Positions 1-8,100 of a stretch of 11,218 nucleotides of DNA are shown here, in pieces. Position numbers and translations under genes: made by a program. The notes beneath the pieces are model-generated. The model was not told where the DNA came from, made no database searches, and worked only from the letters and a program-made list of their open reading frames with translations. Origin of the DNA: Octopus sinensis. Its lineage: Eukaryota. Position 1 is the stretch's first letter; each line of letters starts with the position of its first letter. Where the stretch lies: assembly GCF_006345805.1 (NCBI RefSeq), contig NW_021826991.1, positions 1 to 11,218 of the forward strand. Reading direction: 5' to 3'.

Positions 1-140
1 TTTTTGGCTTATATTTTCTTCCCACTCGCTCCGCATTAAATATTAAACAATAAGAATATAAAATGCAGGCTAGCGCATTTTTTTTACTTATCAACACAAA
101 ACACAAAATTGAAAAAAGACAAATTCTTTTTGTTATGTTT

Positions 141-309
141 TCTTTTCTACTCTAGGCACAAGGCCCGAAATGTTTTAGGGGCGGGTGGACAGTCGATTAG
201 ATCGACCCCAGTAAGCAACTGGTACTTAATTTATCGACCCCGAAAGGATAAAAGGCAAAGTCGACCTCGGTGGAATCGGAACTCAGCACATAAAGACGGA
301 CGAAATACC
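141..309 (-). mobile_element. 5'-truncated tRNA-derived SINE unit (Meta-like core, tail type A)
   Basis: Near-copy of 370-493. The minus strand reads ggtatttcgtc...gagttccgattcc (degenerate B box)...gaggtcgactttgccttttatcctttcggggtcgataaattaagtaccag...ggggtcgatctaatcgact, then a distinct tail ...gggccttgtgcctagagtagaaaaga. No A box. The core resembles the MetaSINE central domain as I recall it. Confidence 0.8.
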
Positions 310-540
310 TATTTCTTTACTACCCACAAGGGGCTAAACACAGAGAGGACAAACACGGACAGACACACGGATTTAGGCGATTATATCGACCCAAGTGCGT
401 AACTGGTACGTATTTAATCGACCCCGAAAGGATGAAAGGCAAAGTCGACCTCGGCGGAATTTGAATTCAGAACGTAACGGCAGACGAAATACCGCTAAGC
501 ATTTCGCCTGGCGTGCTAATATTTCTCCCAGCTTGCCGCC
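310..540 (-). mobile_element. Full-length tRNA-derived SINE (Meta-like core, tail type B)
   Basis: The minus strand starts ggcggcaagctgggagaaatattagc (A-box-like), has a B-box-like gaattcaaattcc, the core gaggtcgactttgcctttcatcctttcggggtcgat, and the tail ...gtgtttagccccttgtgggtagtaaagaaata. Homologous copies lie at 141-309, 2511-2667 and 9508-9555. Confidence 0.82.
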
Positions 541-931
541 TTTTTCTATGAATATTATACGCTCTTGTATTACACACACATACATATAGTTATATATAAT
601 GACTTTCACTTTCTCTATGCGTTTACCGCTCCTCCTGACTTCCTCAACATGCACGCCCACGCACATACACCCACATGCTCATTAGCGTTTCGATTTTAGT
701 CGATGCTAACGTTATCAGTACAAGATTGAATATATATTATCAATCTAATCCGTATAGAAACCAAATCTCGATCTTAGCTTTGTTGTTAAGAAATAGAATT
801 TAAAAGATGTTCGCAGAATTCTAAGAAACTCAGCTCTTAACTGTTGAAAGATTAAATCCTCTTTCTTACACAGTGCATAGTATGTGTACATAATTATAAG
901 TACACTATATAAATATACATAGTATATATAT

Positions 932-1625
932 CTTTAAATTCTTAAAAATGTTTCAGCCCGAAAGCTACGGCTATGCTGGTGCACCACCGTTGAATGAGCT
1001 ACACTAGTATGTGAAACCACCTCTGATACGTGGTACTTGACCAACAAGGGAGTTCAACGCCGCTGCCTGCATTTGTGTTTCCTGCTGAGAGGTAGGTTCA
1101 TCTGGAAACCCCTGACAAGAAGAGATCCAGTTTAGTTTTAAAGAAACCCACATCCACACCATGCAGGTCTCTCAGGCATTTAGGAAGGATATTGAAGAGC
1201 TGTGGTCCAAGCTGTTGCAGTATGTGGTCCTGTATTTTGATGGTAATGTTGGGATCTTTGGCACCATGCAGTGGTGCCCCGTTCTGCTGTTGGGGTAACT
1301 TTGAATGTCAAAATTCGGGACAAGACTCTCCAGGATTTTCCAGATTTGTATATCACTGCATATCTCTCCCGCCTTCGCTCCAGGGAGAAGAGTTTCAATA
1401 CTTTGAGTCTTTCCCAGTAGCTGATATGTTGCATTGAGACGATCTTCTTAGTGTAGCTTCTTTGAATTGCTTCGAGTTCTGCTGTTAGTTTTATATTGTG
1501 TGGTGACCATAGTTGGAGTCCAAGTGGCTGAGGACGAATGTCTTCCAAAGGACCATCAGTGTCTCCTTCTCTCTTGTTCTAAAAGTTCGGAGGATCCATC
1601 CAGATAGCCGTCTGCATTTTATTAC
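932..1625 (-). mobile_element. 5'-truncated CR1/L2-group LINE: ORF2 C-terminus plus short 3' UTR
   Basis: Frameshifted translation matches the post-RT C-terminal region of CR1/L2-group ORF2. It is followed by a ~70-nt 3' UTR with a stem-loop (ggtggtgcaccagcatagccgtagctttcgggctgaaaca) and an AT-rich tail. Confidence 0.85.
1004..1625 (-). pseudogene. Decayed LINE ORF2 (reverse transcriptase) C-terminal segment, about 6 frameshifts
   Basis: Stitched frames read VIKCRRLSGWILRTFRTREKETLMVLWKTFVLSHLD / QLWSPHNIKLTAELEAIQRSYTKKIVSMQHISYWERLKVLKLFSLERRRERYAVIY / IWKILESLVPNFDIQSYPNSRTGHHCMVPKIPTLPSKYRTTYCNSL / GPQLFNILPKCLRDLHGVDVGF / FKTKLDLFLSG / PDEP..., ending at TAG 1006-1004. LD..QLWSP, LE.IQR, YWERLK.L.L.SLERRR and FK..LD.FL are typical of this LINE region. 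Confidence 0.85.
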
Positions 1626-2068
1626 TAAATTGCACTTTTTTGTTGTTGTTATGAATGTTCTTTTTCTTTTCTAGCTTATTGATGTGTTTAGTCTCTCTTT
1701 TTCTCCTGACGAGATAATTACATTGTTTTACATCATTTTATTCCCTCTGGAATAATACCAATGTTCTCTTAGAAACATATGTCGGCAGTAAAAATATTTG
1801 AATAACACCTGCGTTTAACTCAATTTCTTCATTTAGCTATCTATCTATTGCGTCGTAAATATATCGACTCCTACTTCCAGTAAACATAGGTGCCTTGTTG
1901 TACCACTACTCTATATTATACTTCTACATTTACGGTGCTTTATTTTACTGGAAAGTAATACATTTGCATTGCAATAATTTTCATTGAAAATTTTTTCACT
2001 GTTCTTGGTCTGTTAGTGACTAAGCGTCCAGGCGAGTATACTGGCATTGGTGTAGCAACATTTAAAAT

Positions 2069-2105
2069 ATTATCCAGGTAAATCCAGCTGATTTACCTGG
2101 ATAAT
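2069..2105. repeat. 37-bp near-perfect palindrome
   Basis: attatccaggtaaatc (2069-2084), cagct, gatttacctggataat (2090-2105). The 16-bp arms are exact reverse complements. Confidence 0.95.
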
Positions 2106-2510
2106 CAAATTTACAATGACAAACGTATTTGAAGAGTTCGGGGACAGGTAGAGGGTTGTAGTGGAAGTTTTCATCCTTGTCCTTGAACACAGGCGGCAAT
2201 CGTTGTTTGGCATAGACGTGGGATAGTTATGGATTTCGTATCTGATCTAAGAAACCAGAGCAATTATTTTTCTGAAACCTGATAAGCTGACGAAAGGCGA
2301 GCATCAACAATACAGCACACATTTGGTCCAAAGTTCTATCCATTCTTCCGATCCGCTAACTCTTGCAATCATTTCAAATTTAGGCAATTATTCAGAGTGG
2401 TGTGAATATATTAATTCTTAATCGATTTATTGGTGGTATTTTTTTATCAACACCCAAGTAATTTGGCACAGGACCAGCAGTTTGCTTCCGACAGGTGAGA
2501 ATGGCAATTT

Positions 2511-2667
2511 CATCGATCCTAGCTCTTGGCAGCAACTTACCTTATGAAACCCGAAAGGATGAAAAGGAAGTAACCACGTTGGTATCACAACTCAAAACGT
2601 AAAGATAGACGAAACAGCGCTAAGCATTTTGCCCAGCGATATAATAATTCTGCCATCTCACCATCTT
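2511..2667 (-). mobile_element. Old, diverged copy of the Meta-like SINE
   Basis: acccgaaaggatgaaaaggaagt...actcaaaacgtaaagatagacgaaacagcgctaagcattttgcccagcg...ttctgccatctcacc aligns colinearly with 421-540. Confidence 0.75.
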
Positions 2668-2705
2668 AAAATTCCAAAATAATAAAATACAAAGAAAACC
2701 TTAAC

Positions 2706-2815
2706 GGAATAAGTACAAGGTTTACAAAGAATAAGCCATGGGGTTGATTTGTTCAATTAAATGGCAGTACTCCAGCATGGCCGCAGTCAAATGACTGAAA
2801 CAAGTAAAAGAGTAA
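2706..2815 (+). mobile_element. SINE 3' part (end of Meta-like core plus CR1/L2-like tail, type C)
   Basis: aataagtac...ggggttgatttgttcaattaa resembles the core end ttaagtacc...ggggtcgatctaatcgact. The tail ccagcatggccgcagtcaaatgactgaaacaagtaaaagag matches the LINE 3' UTR at 949-988 (27/40 ungapped, counted by hand). Confidence 0.7.
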
Positions 2816-3139
2816 TTGATTTGGGATTCGTCTAACGTCCCCGGGCATTTTTTTGCGATTTCAAATACGATTATACTGTCAGTTTATCGCCTTCGTAAAT
2901 AATAAATATGTTTTCGAGCATAAACACAACGCCCCTACATTTAAGGAATATGGAACGGGGGATTAAATCGGGCTGATCATTTAACTGGCAGGGGCGAACA
3001 CAACAGTCGAGGCCGGCTGGGTTTCAACACGGGAGAAACGTATGTAACTAAGCACTGGAAACCACGCAGCTTCTTCATCCTCTCTCAAATCTTTGACCCC
3101 TATCCGCTACCGATTTTGCCAATCTAGTCCATAAAATAT

Positions 3140-3140
<1 letters not shown>

Positions 3141-3196
<56 letters not shown>

Positions 3197-3220
3197 AGCT
3201 GAAGCTGCTGCTGCTGCTGC
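3141..3220. repeat. (ACT)n followed by short (GCT)n microsatellite
   Basis: Perfect ACT run at 3141-3196 and GCT run at 3204-3220. Confidence 0.95.
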
Positions 3221-3333
3221 ATGCCACTAAATACAAGAGTAATCATTAGTAGCGGTAGCAGGAGTGCCAACAGAAAACGCTGAAATAACAACCGGAAGCA
3301 AGAAACGAATACCACCAACAACAAACTACAAAT

Positions 3334-3399
3334 TAATAATAATAATAATAATAATGATGATGATGATGATGATGATAATGATGATGATAATAACAGTAG

Positions 3400-3476
<77 letters not shown>

Positions 3477-3488
3477 ATATATATATAT
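3334..3488. repeat. Compound (AAT)n/(GAT)n/(AT)n microsatellite
   Basis: Directly visible runs: AAT then GAT at ~3334-3390, AT at ~3400-3488. Confidence 0.95.
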
Positions 3489-3602
3489 GCGCCTAGCTTT
3501 CCTCTCCAACAAGATAATACTGCGCATAAGTCTTTAGTATGGATGCATCTGGTGGCGCTGTAGAGAATTGCATGGAACTATTGAAAGAATAATAAAAATA
3601 AC

Positions 3603-3657
<55 letters not shown>
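3603..3657. repeat. (AAT)n microsatellite
   Basis: Perfect run. Confidence 0.95.
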
Positions 3658-3661
<4 letters not shown>

Positions 3662-3701
3662 TTTTTATTATTAATACTATTATTATTCAATTGGTATTTA
3701 A

Positions 3702-3846
3702 AAGAAGAAGAAGAAGAAGAAGAAGAAGAAGAAGAAGAAGAAGAAGAAAAGAAGAAGAAGAAGAAGAAGAAGAAGAAGAAGAAGAAGAAAAGAAGAAGAA
3801 GAAGAAGAAGAAGAAGAAGAAGAAGAAGAAGAAGAAGAAGAAGAAG
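3702..3846. repeat. (GAA)n microsatellite, ~145 bp, two GAAAA interruptions
   Basis: Visible run with interruptions at 3746-3750 and 3787-3791. Confidence 0.95.
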
Positions 3847-4197
3847 ATGATTAAGAAACAAGATGAAGGAGAAGAAGATCCGTATCGAGTTGTTTGATGT
3901 GTCATTGCCTCAAGGGTATATGAAATAGCGCACAATAACAAACCTTACATCACTGCAACGCAATACAATATAACATAATTCAATTCACACATTTCATGAA
4001 GTCAAATAAGGCAAAAAATTTCGAAGCGGAACCGTAAACGCACAGGCAGGCACCAATATGGAAACACGCAGAAACACACGCACACAAACGCAAGCACGCA
4101 TGCGCACGCGCATACATGCATACATAGAGCAATAGCGCAAATAAGTGTGCGAATATAATTAAAACTAAAATTGTTTTTCTTTTGAGCAAGGACTTGG

Positions 4198-4229
<32 letters not shown>

Positions 4230-4575
4230 ATATGTGTGTGTGAGTGTCTGTGTGTGTGTGTGTTTCCCCACCCTCTGCCTACCCACAAGCCCCCACCTCT
4301 ACACCCACCCTCTGCCTACACACATACCCCAACTCTACCCCAACCCTAAGCCGAACCCATACCCCACTCGTGCTTTCTCCACTCTCGCCTACTCCACCTC
4401 TCAACAACATCACACCACACCACATTACACATCACATCACAACACACCACCCACTCACCAGCACTGCCCAATTCCCATCCCCACATTTTCACACCTACAC
4501 ATACATACACGCACACGTCCAGACCACCAGCCCTCTTTCACACGCACATACATACTCTCTTATACACACACGCAC
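4198..4575. repeat. (TA)n/(TG)n followed by C/A-rich low-complexity tract
   Basis: TA at 4198-4233 and TG to 4262, then a C/A-rich tract containing the 16-bp direct repeat cccaccctctgcctac at 4267-4282 and 4304-4319. Confidence 0.9.
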
Positions 4576-4576
4576 C

Positions 4577-4860
4577 TTCGTATTGGGGTCATCTTTACTT
4601 TGTTATCTCCCCTATTTCTTCGCTCTCTTGAATGACCCTTCTGTCCGGCAGTCAGTCGCCATGATAGATCGTTAGCCATTACACACATTTTTTTCTCTTC
4701 TTGTTTCTTTTGTTGTTTTTTTTTTCTGTGTCCCTTTCTGTAGAAGAGAGTAGGCTCAAAACGTAAAAGACTTTTTTCTATTCCTGAGCATTATACTAAT
4801 ACATCTGTTTGTTTTGCACACCACCTGTCTTCGTCTTTTGTTATTTTCGTAAACTCTCCC
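4577..4860 (+). mobile_element. Probable Penelope-like repeat end carrying a decayed hammerhead-like motif
   Basis: Contains CTGTAGA-A-GAGAGTAGGCTC-AAAACGT (4738-4764), a degenerate CUGANGA-A-stemII-GAAACGU. The element abuts a (TA)n tract at 4861. Segment 4755-4804 is 32/50 identical, ungapped, to 5721-5770. The left boundary is approximate and the Penelope assignment is inference. Confidence 0.5.
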
Positions 4861-4928
4861 TATATATATATACATAAATATATATGTGTGTGTGTATATG
4901 TATGTATGTATGTATGTATTTATATATT

Positions 4929-5104
4929 TATTTGAAGAGATAGATAGATTGCTAGATAAATAGATAGAAAGATAATTTTAAATATATGTCTATATGTGAT
5001 GTATATAAATTTATGCATATGTACAGATATGTAAATATATACATAGATACACACTCATATTATCCAAATATCTATGTAGCTATCTATCTATCTATCTATC
5101 TATC

Positions 5105-5167
<63 letters not shown>

Positions 5168-5287
5168 GTATGGTTGTCTGCGTGCCTGTCTATCTGCGTG
5201 TCTGTCTATCTTTCTATCTGACTTTCTGTCTATCTGCCTGTGTATGAGTGTATGTTTAAAATATGAATATATTGGCTACAAATTATA
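4929..5287 (+). repeat. Left arm of long-range inverted repeat (contains (TAGA)n/(TATC)n)
   Basis: Reverse complement of 8781-9046, including a 31-nt exact match (4979-5009 vs 8978-9008). Confidence 0.88.
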
Positions 5288-5344
5288 ATCAAACAGAACA
5301 AAATATCATCTTGTCATACATACATACATACATACATACATAAT

Positions 5345-5345
5345 C

Positions 5346-5386
<41 letters not shown>

Positions 5387-5430
5387 TATATATATCATAT
5401 ATATCATATGTATATATATCATATATACAT
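5345..5430. repeat. (TA)n-rich microsatellite
   Basis: Visible TA run with ATC/ATG variants. Confidence 0.9.
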
Positions 5431-5494
5431 ATGTGTGAATGCATGCGTGTGCATGACTGACGGTCTCCCTACGTTCGCAACGCGAAGGTAAAAC

Positions 5495-5602
5495 GGGGGA
5501 CAGCTGATGAAGGGATTGTTCTCTATGATGCTTGTCCCCTTTCTCGTTTTGCTCACGTTTTTTCGACGTCCTGTACCCATATATGCATATATATACATTA
5601 TG

Positions 5603-5634
<32 letters not shown>

Positions 5635-5760
5635 CATATCGGTCATTTCAGGAATGTAACCGTACGTGGATTGTTGGCGATTTTTCCTTATTTAGTTTTC
5701 TTTCTCTTTCTCTTTTTATACTCGAAACGTTAACAAATCTCTTCTTTCCTCAAGCGTCAA
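5495..5760 (+). ncRNA. Candidate hammerhead ribozyme (split or permuted, or decayed)
   Basis: CTGATGA at 5504-5510, GAAA at 5724-5727 and GTC at 5568-5570. Stem I (5496-5503 with 5571-5578) forms 7 of 8 pairs; stem III (5727-5731 with 5565-5569) forms 5 pairs. Activity is untested. Confidence 0.4.
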
Positions 5761-5791
5761 GTTAATATATTTCTTGTGCATATTTCTTGTC

Positions 5792-5816
5792 ATATATATA
5801 TATAGATATATATATA

Positions 5817-5866
<50 letters not shown>

Positions 5867-5869
5867 ATT

Positions 5870-5920
<51 letters not shown>

Positions 5921-5943
5921 ATATATATATATTATATATATAT

Positions 5944-5992
<49 letters not shown>
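5792..5992. repeat. ~200-bp (TA)n microsatellite
   Basis: Visible run directly abutting the Helitron 3' terminus. Confidence 0.95.
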
Positions 5993-5995
<3 letters not shown>

Positions 5996-6060
5996 GTATA
6001 GATACCCCGTGTTGCTCGGGATTAAAATGGCATAGTTTGTTTAAATATATATGGTATAGT

Positions 6061-6355
6061 GAAGGCGCATGGCTCAGTGGGTAGAGCGTTGGGCTCACGA
6101 TCGTGAGATTGTGAGTTCGATTCCGGGACCGGGCTGAATGTTGTGTTTCACGTTGTTCCAGTTAACTCAGCTGTAGAAATGAGTTGCGGCGTCACTGGTG
6201 CCAAGCTGTATCGGCCCCTTTGCCTTTCCCTTGGATAACACTAGTGGAGTGGATAGGGGAAGCCGGTATACATGGGCAACCTTGCTCGGACTTGTGCCTC
6301 GGAGGGTAACTTTGTAGGTGCAATACCGTAGTCATTCATGACCGAAAGGGGTCCC
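6061..6355 (+). mobile_element. tRNA-derived CORE-SINE (octopus OR-like) inserted in the Helitron
   Basis: A box TGGCTCAGTGG (6070-6080) and B box GTTCGATTCC (6115-6124) in a tRNA-like head. ccagttaactcagctgtagaaatgag matches the 3' half of the CORE domain (ctcagtttcctcatctgtaaaatggg). A ~170-nt unrelated tail follows, so this is not a tRNA gene. Confidence 0.82.
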
Positions 6356-6381
6356 CACGGTATGTTACATTCATGTTGAAA

Positions 6382-7221
6382 CTAGTGATACAGGACAGTG
6401 CAGCGTTGACGACAAAACTTTTGTGGAGCAAAGTTTGAAGCTTTGCAGAAAAGACAATTTGAGTTTAGCACACTAGTTTGGAAAAAATTATCAATATTAT
6501 ATAAATGGGACGAATCATATCTGAAAGTAATTCTATGTGTTGTGAAAAATGAATTTGTACCGGATCTGTTTCTGAGAGCTATTCTATTGGACCTCTGTGT
6601 AATCTGGCGCGCTAAACGTTGTTTCAATGATTCAGCATTAAATGGTGCAGTATGCCTTTGCTGATCTTGGGAAAGTCTCATCTGCCGTCTCTCTTGAGTT
6701 TCCATCTCATGTGCTCCATTTGATTTGGTGATGTTGAGAAAGTGTTATCTCCATTCTGTGTTGAGACTCAATTTGATGTGCTGCAGCGTAGAAAGTCTCA
6801 CCTCCCTTGTGTTTTGTGACTTCATCAGACGTGCTGTAGCATAGTTTTGGTGATGCTGAGATAGTTTCCCTTCTCTCTTGAGACTGTATTTGACGTGCTG
6901 CAGTATGCGTATGGTGATCTTTGGAAAGTGACAGGTTCCTTCTGTCTTGGGACTACATCAGACGTGTTGCAGCATGCTTTGGTGATCTCAAGAAATTATC
7001 ATCTCCCTTCTCCCTCGAGACGTACTGCAGCATTCCTTTGTTGGCCTTGAGAAGGTTTCATCTCCTTTCTATCTTGAGACTCCATCTAACGTGCTGCAGC
7101 ATGTATTTGCTGGTCTTAGTCTCATGTCCCTTATCTCTTGAGACTCCCGCCTTCGGTTTTCTGCATTCCTCCTTGCTTGATGGGTGTTTCTAGAGAGATT
7201 ATTATTTTCCTTTGATGGCAT
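6382..7221 (-). pseudogene. Decayed Helitron RepHel N-terminus (23-aa repeats and start of the Cys-rich knuckle)
   Basis: Begins MPSKENNNLSRNTHQARRNAENRRRESQEIRDMRL (ATG at 7221). Repeats of the type METQERRQMRLSQDQQRHxAAR follow, then TFRYDSSHLY-x14-CLFCKASNF, matching the AFxYDxxxxY-x14-CxxCxAxxF motif of RepHel N-termini. It has multiple stops and frameshifts, and the Rep and helicase domains are absent. Confidence 0.75.
6642..7148 (-). repeat. Tandem 69-bp (23-codon) minisatellite, 7 units plus a partial unit
   Basis: gtgctgcagc-like anchors at 6642, 6711, 6778, 6831, 6895, 6964, 7022 and 7091 give spacings of 69, 67, 53, 64, 69, 58 and 69. Confidence 0.9.
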
Positions 7222-8017
7222 TTTTTCTTTCAATATTGTAAACAAAAAATTATGTACATAGTTGTATATAGGTAGTATGTTTATATTTTGGTATTCAGTG
7301 TGTAAAGTAATCAAATATAAGTAAATTGTAAATACTTTACAGCCTTGCACCTGATGCGATAATTATGAACCTTTAATGGAATGGTATATGAGTATTTGTA
7401 TATAACCTGGACCTACCACGTTATAGTTTTTTTTCAAGAGTATGTGTAGAAGCATATGTGTGTTGAATAATGCAGGTAACGTGCGCGCAAACACACACAC
7501 ACACTCACCTACACATACACATTCTTAAAAAATGTGACGATACGCAGGCATACGCTCTCACATACAGACACATACAAGAGAGACACAGACGTACATTCAC
7601 GCTTGTCAGTTATCACATGTGTATATGTATGTGTAGATGTGTGTATATGTTTAATAACGTACCTAACGTAGAAACGCACACACAGTCAGAGAGACAAATA
7701 TATTCATACACCCAGACACATACACACAGAGACACATACATACTCATATATGTGACGTCGTCGTCGTCGTGGTTTGAAATATTTTTTTCTATTTTGTACA
7801 CATCGAACGTGCAAATAGACACACAAATGTGAAAGAATAACAGTGAAGCAATATCATTCAACGGTTTTCGATAGAGGGAGAACTGTAAATAGTGTATTTA
7901 AATAGGAGTGAAGAAAATTTAAAATAAGTAAAGCTATGTTGTAGGGAGAACGTACAAATAGCGTGGAAACAAAGATATTTACGCACGACACAATTGAAAT
8001 ACACTGAAGTCAATATT

Positions 8018-8018
8018 G

Positions 8019-8051
<33 letters not shown>

Positions 8052-8100
8052 CAGAGAGACAGAGAGACAGAGACAGAGACAGAGGCAGAGACTGAGAGAG
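8018..8100. repeat. (GA)n and (CAGAGA)n simple repeats
   Basis: Visible runs. Confidence 0.9.

Noticed and set aside
109-666. ORFs 109-402, 395-589 and 373-666
   Set aside because: They are translations of SINE sequence. The two + ORFs resemble each other only because the SINE unit is duplicated.
676-746. Two small imperfect hairpins (ttagc..gctaa; agattg..caatct)
   Set aside because: Short and AT-rich, within chance expectation.
1192-1437. 81-aa + strand ORF
   Set aside because: Antisense shadow of the LINE ORF2 remnant.
1872-1957. Possible pre-miRNA hairpin (ttccagtaaa / tttactggaa)
   Set aside because: Only a 10-bp perfect, AT-rich stem with a ~45-nt poorly paired interior.
2110-2310. 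Minus-strand frame LSHVYAKQRLPPVFKDKDENFHYNPLP and a CTGACGA motif near 2287
   Set aside because: No protein family recognised, an in-frame stop lies upstream, and no matching GAAA or stems complete a hammerhead.
3545-3561. CTCF-like motif gcatctggtggcgctgt
   Set aside because: Matches the 3' half but lacks the near-invariant A of CCASYAG; a single imperfect motif is not supportable.
3264-3941. ORFs with poly-I/M/R/E/K/L/F/S runs
   Set aside because: Direct translations of AAT, GAT, AT and GAA microsatellites.
3980-6098. YI-, HT- and LSIY-rich ORFs
   Set aside because: Simple-repeat artefacts. The similarity of the 4986 and 8991 ORFs reflects the DNA inverted repeat, not a protein family.
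6061-6135. tRNA gene
   Set aside because: A and B boxes are present, but the head continues into a CORE-like domain and SINE tail with no Pol III terminator.
6642-7148. CRISPR-like array
   Set aside because: The whole unit is repeated with no unique spacers, it has a 23-codon period, and the context is eukaryotic.
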